Below, piece after piece: positions 20,656 to 30,957 of a stretch of 64,000 bases of DNA (positions are counted from its first letter, which is position 1; every line of letters starts with the position of its first letter). The DNA is from Pseudothermotoga sp. (lineage in GTDB: Bacteria > Thermotogota > Thermotogae > Thermotogales > DSM-5069): NCBI GenBank assembly GCA_031962025.1, contig JAVRKW010000001.1; one strand, 5' to 3'. The position numbers were made by a program, and so were the translations under genes. The notes beneath the pieces were generated by a model, which did not search any database, was not told the DNA's origin, and was given only the letters and a program-made list of their open reading frames with translations.

Positions 20656-20793
20656 TTACGTCTTAGGACCTCTGGTTTTTGTGAAAACTTTTAAAAGGAG
20701 CTTCACAAAGGCAAAAAAAGCAAATAAAAGCCCCACCAGAAAAAGATATCCAGCGATCCCCAGCTTGAGAGCAGTTAGAAAGTTTTGCATCAT
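20656..20793 (-). CDS. Small single-TM protein, OadG/gamma-subunit-like (absent from the ORF track)
   Basis: MMQNFLTALKLGIAGYLFLVGLLFAFFAFVKLLLKVFTKTRGPKT*, 45 aa; RBS ggagg; ATGA overlap with the oadB stop. Confidence 0.7.
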   Translation of the reverse strand: MMQNFLTALKLGIAGYLFLVGLLFAFFAFVKLLLKVFTKTRGPKT

Positions 20794-21926
20794 AATTTAC
20801 TACCTCCCACAAGAGCCATTAAAATTCCACCTGCCAGAACTGAGCCGATCTGCCCAGCCGTATTTGCACCAGCGGCATACATCAATAAAAAGTTCATCGG
20901 ATCCTCTTTCAATCCCATCTTGTGTATAACTCGTGCTGACATCGGGAATGCCGAGATTCCTGCTGCTCCAAGCATTGGATTGATTTTTTTCCTTAAAAAG
21001 AGATTTAGAAATTTCGCAAATAGTACACCGGCAGCGGTATCAAAAATAAAGGCAACTAATCCCAAGGCAAGTATCAAAAGAGTCTGTGGTTTTAGAAACT
21101 TATCAGCTGTCATCGTGGAAGCAATTGTAAGACCAAGTAAAATTGTGACAAGATTGGCAAGTTCATTCTGTGCAGATTTTGAAAGACTATCCAGTACACC
21201 GCACTCTCTTAAAAGATTTCCAAACATCAAAAATCCTATCAACGCAGCGGATGTAGGTGCCAGAATACTTGCAACAACAGTTATAGATATTGGAAAGATT
21301 ATTTTCACTATCTTTGGTATCTTTTGTGCTCTGGGCTGCATTCTGATAGCCCTTTCTTCCTTAGTAGTCAGAGCCATTATCACTGGAGGCTGAATGATTG
21401 GAACCAGTGACATGTAAGAATAGGCAGCGACTGAAATTGGACCCAGCATGTGTCTTGCAAAGCGAGAAGCCACATAGATGGAAGTTGGTCCATCCGCAGC
21501 ACCGATGATTCCAATGGACGCTGCTTCCTTCAGATCAAATCCCAACAATGTTGCAACTATCATTGTTCCGAATATACCAAATTGTGCTGCTGCTCCGAAG
21601 AGAAACATCACGGGATTCTCCAGCAGTGGAGTAAAATCGATCATAGCCCCAACGGCAATGAATATGAGCAGTGGGAAAATCTCAGTTGCAATACCTATGT
21701 CAAAGAAAATACTCAGAACTCCCCTGTGCATTACTCCTTCAAGCAACTGGTCAATAGCCGATGATAGTGGAATATTTACTAAAATTGTACCAAAGCCTAT
21801 TGGCAGCAGCAAAGCAGGTTCGTATTTCTTTGCAATGGCTAAATAAATGAGCAGCAGCCCGACAATTATCATGACTACGTTTCCGATGGTCAATGAGAAA
21901 ATTCCCGAGAATAGTTCTTGAAACAT
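20790..21926 (-). CDS. oadB: Na+-translocating decarboxylase beta subunit
   Basis: YEPALLLPIGFG, IGIIGAADGPT and AAYSYMSLVPIIQPP motifs; start moved to 21926. Confidence 0.92.
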   Translation of the reverse strand: MFQELFSGIFSLTIGNVVMIIVGLLLIYLAIAKKYEPALLLPIGFGTILVNIPLSSAIDQLLEGVMHRGVLSIFFDIGIATEIFPLLIFIAVGAMIDFTPLLENPVMFLFGAAAQFGIFGTMIVATLLGFDLKEAASIGIIGAADGPTSIYVASRFARHMLGPISVAAYSYMSLVPIIQPPVIMALTTKEERAIRMQPRAQKIPKIVKIIFPISITVVASILAPTSAALIGFLMFGNLLRECGVLDSLSKSAQNELANLVTILLGLTIASTMTADKFLKPQTLLILALGLVAFIFDTAAGVLFAKFLNLFLRKKINPMLGAAGISAFPMSARVIHKMGLKEDPMNFLLMYAAGANTAGQIGSVLAGGILMALVGGSKL

Positions 21927-22114
21927 ATTCTTCACCTTCTTCTTTCCATTCTCTAAAAAGAAAATCTGCCGAATATCTTCCAAGTCATATTCTAACACCT
22001 ATAGGGGAATATTCTGTTTTTTCGATGTCAAATGTAATTGTGTATTTGGTTATATTTTATGCGACATAGCTGATGTATAATATGTACGAATAACTTAATT
22101 AAGGAGGTTTTATC

Positions 22115-23317
22115 ATGCAATCTGTACAGATTAGACCTGGTATTTACTGGGTTGGGGTCAACGACAGATTCACCCAGCTTTTCGAGGGGCTCTGGCCAAT
22201 AGGTGAAGAAGGTGTTTCATACAACGCGTACTTAATTGTTGATGAAAAGAACGTTTTGATTGATCTTGCAAAATCGATTAAAACCGATGAATTTTTTGAA
22301 CAGATAGAGCAAATTCTGCCAGTATCGAAGATAGATTATGTGGTGATAAACCATATGGAACCAGACCACACTGGAATTCTAACCGTCTTGAAAAAAATTG
22401 CGCCACATGCAACTATTTTAATAAGTGAGAAAGGACTGAAGATGCTCAAAGCTTTTTACCACATTGATGAAAGTGTCAGGACTGTGAAGGATCTGGAAGA
22501 GCTGAAGATTGGTGAAAAGACTTTGAGGTTTTATTACACGCCGTTCGTCCACTGGCCTGAAACAATGATGACTTATGAAACCACTCAGAAAGTGCTGTTT
22601 TCCTGTGATGGTTTTGGAGGGTATGGCGCACTGAGAGGAGCTTTGTTTGACGATGAATGTAAAGACAAAGATTTCTACATAAAAGAAATGCTAAGGTATT
22701 ATGCGAATATCGTTGCTACTTTCAGTACACCTGTTCTGAAAGCCATAGAAAAGCTATCAAGCCTTCCCATCGAAGTTATTGCGCCTTCTCATGGTTTGAT
22801 CTGGCGCAAAGACCCATTGATGGTTGTGGAACTGTACAAAAAATGGGCACAGTATGCGTCTTCTACGGCTGAAAAATCTGTGACATTGCTCTACGGTTCT
22901 ATGTACGGTAATACAGAAAGGATTATGAGCTCTTTACTCAATGGTCTTTCTAAAGCACAAATCAAAGTTGATGTCTTCAATATCACTCAAACACATATAA
23001 GTTATATACTTGCATCACTGTGGAAAAACAGGGGTGTATTAATTGGCGCACCGACATACGAGGGCTCTCTGTTTCCTCCGATGGTGGATGTACTTCACAT
23101 GGCAAATGTCAAACGTATACAATTCAAAACAGCGGCAATCTTTGGGAGTTATGGGTGGAGCGGAGGAGCTTCGAAGAAAATCAGGGAAATGGTGGAACCT
23201 CTTAAATGGCAGATCGTGGATGTCCTTGATATCAACGGTGGACCTACGAGTGAAGATCTACAAAAGGCAGAAAAATTCGCCTATGATTTTGCAAAAAAGA
23301 TATTAGAACAACCATGA
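22115..23317 (+). CDS. fprA: Flavodiiron protein (FprA family)
   Basis: NHMEPDH, HWPETM, SCDGFG, APSHG, SMYGNT and FGSYGWSGG motifs. Confidence 0.93.
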   Translation: MQSVQIRPGIYWVGVNDRFTQLFEGLWPIGEEGVSYNAYLIVDEKNVLIDLAKSIKTDEFFEQIEQILPVSKIDYVVINHMEPDHTGILTVLKKIAPHATILISEKGLKMLKAFYHIDESVRTVKDLEELKIGEKTLRFYYTPFVHWPETMMTYETTQKVLFSCDGFGGYGALRGALFDDECKDKDFYIKEMLRYYANIVATFSTPVLKAIEKLSSLPIEVIAPSHGLIWRKDPLMVVELYKKWAQYASSTAEKSVTLLYGSMYGNTERIMSSLLNGLSKAQIKVDVFNITQTHISYILASLWKNRGVLIGAPTYEGSLFPPMVDVLHMANVKRIQFKTAAIFGSYGWSGGASKKIREMVEPLKWQIVDVLDINGGPTSEDLQKAEKFAYDFAKKILEQP

Positions 23318-24225
23318 AGGATCTTGAAGAGATCAAACAAAAATTGCTCTCAAACGGTTTTGAGATTGATTCTGAGAAAATCATACACTATGGCATACAG
23401 TATCGTATAAAAGGTTGTGGATATCTGAGAATTTACTGGAGAAAAGACGGTCAAACAACAGTTGATCTGTCACAAATTAAATCTTTCTGTTTGCAGAAGC
23501 TGAGCGACATATTGAATGAATCACTTGCAGAAAACGATCTTGAAATTCAAAAAAGAATCCTTAGAAATCTTCCAGCCGATCCAAAGCTGATCCTGCCAGC
23601 CATTGGTTCAGATGAAGCTGGAAAAGGAGATACCTTTGGACCTCTTGTTGTGGCTGCGGTATACGTTGGTAAAAATGAATACGCTGAATTGAATAAATAT
23701 CAATTAAAAGACAGTAAATCACTGAGCGACAAAAAAGTCCTGTATCTGGCTGATCAGATAAAGTCTCTGTGTACGTACTCGGTAGCAACTGTCGAACCAG
23801 AGGATTTTGCTCATATTCAAAATATGAACGCACTTTTGGAAGAACTTCATGCACGCTGTATAATGGATGTTATAAACAAAAAGCCGTCTCTTATCGCAGT
23901 GTACGATGATTTTGGGGCAAAAAATCTGAAAGAAAGGTTGAAGGATTTTTACAACCTGACAGTTCTTGGATTTGTGAAAGCGGAAAGAAATCCAGCTGTT
24001 GCAGCTGCTTCAATTGTTGCAAGAGCAGAGTTTTTGTCCTGGATCAACAGAGTTTCAGACCGATACGGTGTGAAAATACCACTTGGATCTGGAGAAAAAG
24101 CAACTGAATTTGCCAGGGATTTTTTGAAAAGATATGGTTTGGAAGAATTTAGAAAACTGGCAAAGGTAAATTTCTCAAATGTGCGAAAGTTGATCATCTC
24201 TAAGCCAACTACCCACGGCTTATAG
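23314..24225 (+). CDS. rnhC: Ribonuclease HIII
   Basis: IGSDEAGKGDTFGPL, KDSK and AVAAASIVAR motifs, with an N-terminal extension. Confidence 0.8.
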   Translation: MKDLEEIKQKLLSNGFEIDSEKIIHYGIQYRIKGCGYLRIYWRKDGQTTVDLSQIKSFCLQKLSDILNESLAENDLEIQKRILRNLPADPKLILPAIGSDEAGKGDTFGPLVVAAVYVGKNEYAELNKYQLKDSKSLSDKKVLYLADQIKSLCTYSVATVEPEDFAHIQNMNALLEELHARCIMDVINKKPSLIAVYDDFGAKNLKERLKDFYNLTVLGFVKAERNPAVAAASIVARAEFLSWINRVSDRYGVKIPLGSGEKATEFARDFLKRYGLEEFRKLAKVNFSNVRKLIISKPTTHGL

Positions 24226-24335
24226 AAGCTTGATTTGAAAAAGCCATAGGTTTGATGGGTATAGTTATGAATTAAAAACAGGCAAAAACTTCCAGCACAT
24301 TTTCTACTTTTAGAGTTTGGAAAATCTATGTGCCA

Positions 24336-24974
24336 TTAATGGTGTGAAGTTTCAGATGTTTTTTTGAAGAAATCACAATCTTTTGTAAAATGGCATTTAC
24401 TGCACAGTGGTGTACGTGGTAAACAGATCCTTCTTCCAAATTCAACCATTGCGCCATTCAACGGTCCCCACAGTTCACTTGGAACCAATTTGGTCAGCTC
24501 CATCTCAGTTTCTTGAGGATCTTTTGTACTGACAAAACCAATTCTATTGGATATCCTGTGCACATGTGTATCGACTGCCAGAGCAGGTTTGCCAAAACCG
24601 TGGTATAAAACTATATTTGCCGTTTTGCGACCTACTCCGGGAAGTTTCAAAAGTTCTTCCAGATTTGATGGAACCTTTCCTTGATATTGCTCTGCGATTA
24701 TTTTTGATACGGCTATTATTCTTTCAGCCTTCTGTTTGTACATACCACAAGCTTTAATCAACTCATAAAGCTGAGCTGGTGTAGCTTTTGCGAGAGTCCA
24801 TGGATCACTGTATCTTGAAAAAAGTTTTCGGCATGCGATTTCGGTGTTTTCATCCCGCGTTCTCTGACTGAGGATTGTACATATCAATATTTTGAAGGGA
24901 TCGTCTGTAAGCTTCTTTCGGGGAAATAGTTCAACTATTTTTTTTGTTAACTGTATTACTGTCGTTTGATCCGT
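24336..24974 (-). CDS. nth: Endonuclease III (start non-canonical or mutated)
   Basis: ILSQRTRD, LPGVGRKTAN, VDTHVHR and Cx6Cx2Cx5C motifs; the open frame extends to ACG at 24974 behind an RBS. Confidence 0.88.
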   Translation of the reverse strand, partial: TDQTTVIQLTKKIVELFPRKKLTDDPFKILICTILSQRTRDENTEIACRKLFSRYSDPWTLAKATPAQLYELIKACGMYKQKAERIIAVSKIIAEQYQGKVPSNLEELLKLPGVGRKTANIVLYHGFGKPALAVDTHVHRISNRIGFVSTKDPQETEMELTKLVPSELWGPLNGAMVEFGRRICLPRTPLCSKCHFTKDCDFFKKTSETSHH

Positions 24975-25023
24975 TTTGCATACCTCCTTTTATTATTGTA
25001 CAATGATAAAGGAGGTGCAGAAG

Positions 25024-26100
25024 TTGAATAGACTAAATCAATTTTTTGACAGAATTGAACAGATTGGTGTGGATGTAGCCTTGATCTATAATGTGGAATA
25101 TTCTTCCAGACCTTCCACTTATTATTTGTCTGGTTTTACTGGATCATTCAGTGTCCTTGTACTGAACAGAGACAAACAGTTCATCATCACCGATTCGAGA
25201 TATTTTGAGCAGGCTAAACAGCAAACAAAATTTCAATTGATTGAGTACAGAAATGGAGATCTGTTTGACAGCATAAAAGCTGTTTTAGAAGAACTCAAAC
25301 CCAAAACGATAGGCTTGGAATTTCAAAGAATCAGCCACAACGTCTTTCTCAAGATCAGTGAAAAGGTCAAGTCAAAATTCATACCTCTGGATTCGGTGAT
25401 AGAATCGATAAGGTCAATCAAAGAACCGCAAGAGGTTGAATACATCAGAAAGGCTATATCGATAAGTGAGAAAGCCTTTCTAAAAACGATAGAGTCAGTA
25501 AAAGAGGGCTTAACTGAAAGAGAAATAGCGGCTGAGTTCGAGTACACGATGAAAAAATTCGGTGCCGATGGGATTGCCTTTGAGACAATAGTGATCAGCG
25601 GACCAAGAACATCCTTACCGCACGGTAGACCATCAGACAGGAAAATATCTTATGGAGAGCCGATCACTTTTGATTTCGGTGCCGTCGTGAATGGTTACTG
25701 CGCAGATATAACACGTACGATTTTCTTTGGCAAACCCGATGACGAGTTCAAAAAGATCTATCAGATCGTTTATGAAGCACAGACTCTGGCTTTGAACGGT
25801 GCAAGTGCAAACATGAAAGGTAAATCTGTCGATTTTCTTGCAAGGAATCACATCATTCAGAAAGGTTATGGTCAGTATTTTGGTCACGGTTTGGGACATG
25901 GGATAGGTCTTGAGGTTCACGAATCACCGAGAGTGAACTCAACCAGTGAGGAACCTTTGCCAGAATCTGCCGTGGTCACAATAGAACCCGGGATTTACAT
26001 AGAAGGCAGATACGGGGTTAGAATAGAAGAAGATGTCTTGGTAAGAAAAGACTCTCTTGAAAGACTCACGAGTTTGTCCAGAGAGTTGATTATTATTTGA
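25024..26100 (+). CDS. Xaa-Pro aminopeptidase (M24)
   Basis: YLSGFTGS, DSRY, HGLGHGIGLEVHE, TIEPGIY and RIEED motifs; TTG at 25024 after ggagg. Confidence 0.92.
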   Translation: MNRLNQFFDRIEQIGVDVALIYNVEYSSRPSTYYLSGFTGSFSVLVLNRDKQFIITDSRYFEQAKQQTKFQLIEYRNGDLFDSIKAVLEELKPKTIGLEFQRISHNVFLKISEKVKSKFIPLDSVIESIRSIKEPQEVEYIRKAISISEKAFLKTIESVKEGLTEREIAAEFEYTMKKFGADGIAFETIVISGPRTSLPHGRPSDRKISYGEPITFDFGAVVNGYCADITRTIFFGKPDDEFKKIYQIVYEAQTLALNGASANMKGKSVDFLARNHIIQKGYGQYFGHGLGHGIGLEVHESPRVNSTSEEPLPESAVVTIEPGIYIEGRYGVRIEEDVLVRKDSLERLTSLSRELIII

Positions 26101-26115
26101 TTCGGAGGTGAAACT

Positions 26116-26673
26116 GTGGTAGAAGTTGGTGATCTGAAAAAAGGTATGGTTATAATGGTCGACGGAGAACCATACCGTGTGATCGACGTGAACAAGCATC
26201 ACATGGCAATGGGAAGAGGTATCATCAGAACGAGGTTGAAAAGCGTCAAAACCGGTCTGGTTAAAGACGTCAATTTCAGCAGCGGCGAGCGTGTCGACGA
26301 AGCAAATTTAACCTTTAAAGCTGCACAGTATTTGTACAACGACGGCGATCACTACTATTTCATGGCTCTGGATGATTATGAACAGTACGCACTCACAGAA
26401 GATGATATTCAGGACGCAAAGTGGTATTTGATCGAAAATCTCGAGGTCAGCATAGTGTTCCTGGAGGACAAACCCATAGGTATACAATTACCAAATGTTG
26501 TTGTGCTGAAAATCGTAGAGACTGAACCAACTTTTAAAGGTGACACCGTCTCAGGTGGAGGTAAACCAGCCACACTTGAAACAGGTTTAAAAATCACCGT
26601 GCCATTCTTTGTCGAAAATGGTGAACTTGTGAAAGTGGATACGAGAACAGGTGAATATGTTGAACGCGCATAG
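26116..26673 (+). CDS. efp: Elongation factor P
   Basis: [17 protein letters not shown] and [11 protein letters not shown] motifs. Confidence 0.96.
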   Translation: MVEVGDLKKGMVIMVDGEPYRVIDVNKHHMAMGRGIIRTRLKSVKTGLVKDVNFSSGERVDEANLTFKAAQYLYNDGDHYYFMALDDYEQYALTEDDIQDAKWYLIENLEVSIVFLEDKPIGIQLPNVVVLKIVETEPTFKGDTVSGGGKPATLETGLKITVPFFVENGELVKVDTRTGEYVERA

Positions 26674-26684
26674 GAGGTGAAAAA

Positions 26685-27023
26685 ATGGAAACAAAAGGAA
26701 TGGGCAGTATCGATATTTCAGATGATGCCATAAAAGAGATTGCTTTGAGAAGCGTTTTTTCGACGCTTGAGATTGCAGACGAAAAAAAGCAAAAGAGAAT
26801 CAGAAAATCAATTGAGATTGACCGTTCTCCAGAGGATAATGTAACGATCAATTTGAAGATAACCGTCCCGTTCGGCAAATCCTTAGTTGAAGTAGCACAA
26901 AAGATCATGGAAAGAGTGAAAATGGATATCGAAAGAATGACAGAACTCCAGGTAGTTGCAGTGAACGTGACCATTGAAGATGTCGAAGAAGGAGAGGAAC
27001 AGAAAACCCAAGAAAAGGAGTGA
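26685..27023 (+). CDS. Asp23/Gls24 family protein
   Basis: GSIDISDDAI...MTELQVVAVNVTIED; located between efp and nusB. Confidence 0.85.
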   Translation: METKGMGSIDISDDAIKEIALRSVFSTLEIADEKKQKRIRKSIEIDRSPEDNVTINLKITVPFGKSLVEVAQKIMERVKMDIERMTELQVVAVNVTIEDVEEGEEQKTQEKE

Positions 27024-27032
27024 TCATATCCT

Positions 27033-27455
27033 GTGACTCGTCGCAGTAAGATGAGGGACACCGTTTTCAAAACGATCTTTCAAAATGAGTTTCGGAATGA
27101 ATCCATAGATGTTTTACTGCAGGAGATCATGAACAACGAGAAAAACGATTCAATCAAAAACGATGTTGCAAGATATGTGCGCGGGATTTATGATAATCTG
27201 TCACAGATCGATGAAAAAATTTCTATCTGCCTTGAGAACTGGCATCTTGAAAGATTGTCGTCTGTGGACAGATCTATCCTGCGCTTAGGGACGTATGAAT
27301 TATTGTATGAGGAAGATGTACCAATAGAAGTTACTCTGGATGAAGCTGTTGAACTTGCAAAGAAATACGGAACGGAGAATAGCGGTAAATTTGTAAATGG
27401 TGTACTTGATAAGATAGCAAGATCTTTCGCACCAGAGGTGAAACACTACCTTTGA
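27033..27455 (+). CDS. nusB: Transcription antitermination factor NusB
   Basis: DRSILRLG, EAVELAKKYG and FVNGVLD motifs. Confidence 0.95.
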   Translation: MTRRSKMRDTVFKTIFQNEFRNESIDVLLQEIMNNEKNDSIKNDVARYVRGIYDNLSQIDEKISICLENWHLERLSSVDRSILRLGTYELLYEEDVPIEVTLDEAVELAKKYGTENSGKFVNGVLDKIARSFAPEVKHYL

Positions 27456-27470
27456 AGGGGGGAAAGAAAG

Positions 27471-29132
27471 ATGTTGAATGATCTTCAAATAGCACGGGCA
27501 GCTAAGTTGAAACCCATCCAGGATATAGCAAAAGATCTCTCAATTCCAAAAGAGTATTTTCGAAATTATGGGGATTACATCGCCAAGATATCCCATAAAT
27601 TTTTGAGTACGCTGAATTCGACAAAAGGCAAACTAATAATAGTAACGGCTATGACACCGACTCCTGCTGGTGAAGGTAAAACTACAACGAGTATTGGTCT
27701 GTCAATGGCTTTAAATAGGCTTGGTTACAAGTCTTTTGTTACTTTGAGAGAGCCTTCATTGGGTCCAGTTTTTGGAGTGAAAGGCGGAGCGGCAGGTGGC
27801 GGGTACTCGCAGGTACTACCAATGGAGGACATAAATCTGCATTTCACAGGCGACATACATGCTGTATCCACAGCACACAATCTGATTTCTGCTATGATAG
27901 ATGCCCATATACGTTTCGAAAACGAGCTTGATATCGATTTAACCCGCATAACCTGGCCAAGGACTATGGATATGAACGATAGGGCTCTGAGGGATATTGT
28001 AGTTGGACTTGGAGGTCACGCAAATGGCTATCCAAGACAGGATCATTTTGTCATTACGGCGGCTTCGGAGATAATGGCTATACTGTGTCTATCTAAGGAC
28101 ATAGCCGATCTCAAAAAAAGATTGGGAAATATCGTCATTGGCTGGTCAAGATCAGGTAAACCAGTTACAGTTCATGAGCTTGGAGTCGAAGGTGCTGCTG
28201 CTGTTATTCTCAAAGACGCTATTGATCCAAATTTGGTACAGACGATTGAAAACACTCCTGCTTTGGTTCATGGTGGTCCGTTTGCAAACATTGCTCATGG
28301 TACAAATTCTATAATCGCCACGAAAATGGCACTTGGATTATCGGAGTATGTTGTCACAGAGACAGGTTTTGGGTCGGACCTTGGTGCAGAAAAATTCTTC
28401 GATTTTGTTGCACCACTTGCTGAACTTAAACCTGCTGCGGTAGTAATAGTCGCAACGATCAGGGCTATTAAGTACCACGGTGGAGTTTCCATCAAAGATC
28501 TTGGGACTGAGAATTTAGAAGCTATTGCCATGGGTATTGAAAACCTGAAAGCTCATATAGAAAATGTGAAAAAGTACAACCTTCCCATTGTTGTAGCGCT
28601 CAACAGATTCGACACAGATACCGAACGCGAGATACAGTATGTACTTGACTTTGTTGAGAAACTCGGTGTGAAAGCCTCGCTGAACGAAGCCTTTGTAAAG
28701 GGAAGTGAGGGAACCATAGATCTGGCGAAAAAAGTCATAGACATTGCAGATGAATCGAAGTTCAGTCCAATTTACAGTTGGGATCTACCAGTTGAGAAAA
28801 AAATAGAAATCCTTGCCAGAGAAATTTACCATGCAAAAGATGTTGTTTACACAAAAGATGCCGTTGATTCACTCAAGAAACTTTCAAAAGATGGTTTTTC
28901 GACTTTGCCTGTGATCGTTGCAAAAACTCAATATTCGCTATCAGATGATCCGTCCAAACTTGGTGCACCAAGCAATTATTCTTTCACTGTGAGAGATTTG
29001 AAATTATCTGCTGGTGCAGGTTTTGTTGTTGCGATTTGCGGCGATATCATGTTGATGCCTGGGCTTGGCAAAAGACCAAATGCCATCAACATAGACATTG
29101 ATGAAAATGGGAACATCACAGGTCTATTTTAG
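27471..29132 (+). CDS. fhs: Formate--tetrahydrofolate ligase
   Basis: [22 protein letters not shown] and [11 protein letters not shown] motifs. Confidence 0.97.
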   Translation: MLNDLQIARAAKLKPIQDIAKDLSIPKEYFRNYGDYIAKISHKFLSTLNSTKGKLIIVTAMTPTPAGEGKTTTSIGLSMALNRLGYKSFVTLREPSLGPVFGVKGGAAGGGYSQVLPMEDINLHFTGDIHAVSTAHNLISAMIDAHIRFENELDIDLTRITWPRTMDMNDRALRDIVVGLGGHANGYPRQDHFVITAASEIMAILCLSKDIADLKKRLGNIVIGWSRSGKPVTVHELGVEGAAAVILKDAIDPNLVQTIENTPALVHGGPFANIAHGTNSIIATKMALGLSEYVVTETGFGSDLGAEKFFDFVAPLAELKPAAVVIVATIRAIKYHGGVSIKDLGTENLEAIAMGIENLKAHIENVKKYNLPIVVALNRFDTDTEREIQYVLDFVEKLGVKASLNEAFVKGSEGTIDLAKKVIDIADESKFSPIYSWDLPVEKKIEILAREIYHAKDVVYTKDAVDSLKKLSKDGFSTLPVIVAKTQYSLSDDPSKLGAPSNYSFTVRDLKLSAGAGFVVAICGDIMLMPGLGKRPNAINIDIDENGNITGLF

Positions 29133-29143
29133 GGGATGATCCC

Positions 29144-29965
29144 ATGTTGATAGATTGTAAATCTATAGCACAATCAATAGATGCTGAAACTTTGTCTTTA
29201 CTGGAGAAAACTTCAAAAAAACCAAAGTTCGTGAGCATTGCAGTAAAACCAGACCAGGGTACAATTTCTTACCTGAAAAGTCAAAAGAAAAAGGCACAAT
29301 CTCTTGGCATTGAATGTGAAATGATAAACCTGGAAGATTCATCATTACTCGAAGAAACTCTGACGAAAGCTTCTCGGGACGAGTCCATCTGTGGAATATT
29401 CGTGTCGCACCCTTTGCCAGCAGAAGTTGATGAAATGAAGATAGCTGGATCTATAGATGCAAACAAAGATATTGAAGGGAGAAATCCTTTGAATCTTGGA
29501 TATCTTGCCTATGGTATAGAAGACTTTGCACCATGTACTGCTGCGGCAGTTGTGAAAATTCTCACTTCAGTCACTGATTTAGTGGGTAAGAATGTTGTTG
29601 TTATCGGAAGAAGTACCACAGTTGGATTACCCGTCTCGATTATGCTTTTAAGGCGCGATAGAAGCGCTACTGTTACGGTATGTCACAGCAAGACAAGGGA
29701 TATCCAAAAGATAACTGAAGAAGCAGATGTGGTAATTGTCGCAGTTGGAAAGGCTGGTTTTTTAACACCGGAAATGGTTCGCGATGGTTCGATTGTTATA
29801 GATGTTGGAATAAACGTGATCGATGGAAAAGTATTTGGAGATGTAGATAAGTGTGTTCAGCAAAAAGCACTTGTAACTCCTGTCCCAGGTGGAGTTGGAG
29901 TTGTGACAACATCCATTTTGATGAACAGGGTTGTGAGAAATGCTCTGAGAGGTGGTATGAATTGA
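29144..29965 (+). CDS. folD: Methylene-THF dehydrogenase/cyclohydrolase
   Basis: PCTA, GRSTTVGLP, DVGIN and TPVPGGVG motifs. Confidence 0.93.
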   Translation: MLIDCKSIAQSIDAETLSLLEKTSKKPKFVSIAVKPDQGTISYLKSQKKKAQSLGIECEMINLEDSSLLEETLTKASRDESICGIFVSHPLPAEVDEMKIAGSIDANKDIEGRNPLNLGYLAYGIEDFAPCTAAAVVKILTSVTDLVGKNVVVIGRSTTVGLPVSIMLLRRDRSATVTVCHSKTRDIQKITEEADVVIVAVGKAGFLTPEMVRDGSIVIDVGINVIDGKVFGDVDKCVQQKALVTPVPGGVGVVTTSILMNRVVRNALRGGMN

Positions 29966-30948
29966 GAGTACTGAGTGGTGTCAGACCGACTGGAAAACCA
30001 CACATAGGTAATTACATAGGAGCTCTGAAAAATTGGAAAAAACTTCAAGACGAAGGACATGAATGCTTCTATTTTGTAGCTGACTGGCACGCTTTGACCA
30101 CTTCTTATGATGAAACTAAGGAGTTAAAATCCCATACAAGAGAAGTCATGAGATCTTTTCTTGCCTGTGGACTTGATCCGGAAAAGTCCACACTTTTTGT
30201 GCAGTCTGCAGTAAAAGAACATTCTGAACTGGCACTTTTGTTTTCTATGATAGTCCCTCTTTCATGGCTCGAAAGGGTACCAACATACAAAGAGATGAAA
30301 CAGCAACTCTCTGAAAAGGATCTTTCAAATGCGGGTTTTCTGCTATATCCCGTACTACAAGCGGCTGACATATTGATCTACATGGCTGAAGGAGTACCGG
30401 TTGGAGAAGATCAGGTGTATCACGTCGAACTCACCAGAGAGATTGCAAGAAGATTCAACTTCCTCTATGGCGAGCTTTTCCCGGAACCGCAATCTTTACT
30501 GTCTATCGTGCCGAAATTACCCGGTACAGACGGCAGAAAGATGAGTAAGAGCTATGGCAACATAATACCACTTGAAAACAGCTTTGCCGATCTTGAGAAA
30601 AAAATACTTCCAATGATGACCGACCCAGCCAGAAAGAGAAGAACAGACCCTGGTGATCCCGAAAAATGTCCAGTTTGGAATTATCACATAGCATTTGGAA
30701 TAAATGAACAGGACAGTCAGTGGGTTATCGAAGGATGTACTAAGGCAAAGATAGGATGCATAGACTGTAAGAAATTGTTACTGAAAAACATGAAGAGAGA
30801 ACTTGAACCAATTTGGGAAAAGTACGGTGAAATTGATTCAGACCCACACTATGTGGATGACGTTATAGCTAAGGGTAATGAAAAAGCAAGATTGATTGCG
30901 CAAAAAACCATGCAGTGCGTCAGAGAAAAAATGAATCTGCTTTTCTGA
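29962..30948 (+). CDS. trpS: Tryptophan--tRNA ligase
   Basis: SGVRPTG..HIGN, YPVLQAADI, VPVGEDQ and KMSKS motifs; TTG at 29962 overlaps the folD stop. Confidence 0.95.
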   Translation: MRVLSGVRPTGKPHIGNYIGALKNWKKLQDEGHECFYFVADWHALTTSYDETKELKSHTREVMRSFLACGLDPEKSTLFVQSAVKEHSELALLFSMIVPLSWLERVPTYKEMKQQLSEKDLSNAGFLLYPVLQAADILIYMAEGVPVGEDQVYHVELTREIARRFNFLYGELFPEPQSLLSIVPKLPGTDGRKMSKSYGNIIPLENSFADLEKKILPMMTDPARKRRTDPGDPEKCPVWNYHIAFGINEQDSQWVIEGCTKAKIGCIDCKKLLLKNMKRELEPIWEKYGEIDSDPHYVDDVIAKGNEKARLIAQKTMQCVREKMNLLF

Positions 30949-30957
30949 GGTGATCTG

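Noticed and set aside
20785..21846. Plus-strand ORFs of 202, 104 and 122 aa
   Set aside because: Antisense to the well-supported oadB.
27471..29965. fhs-folD as evidence of a Wood-Ljungdahl pathway
   Set aside because: The genes sit in a housekeeping operon with no CODH/ACS or metF nearby, which fits ordinary one-carbon metabolism.
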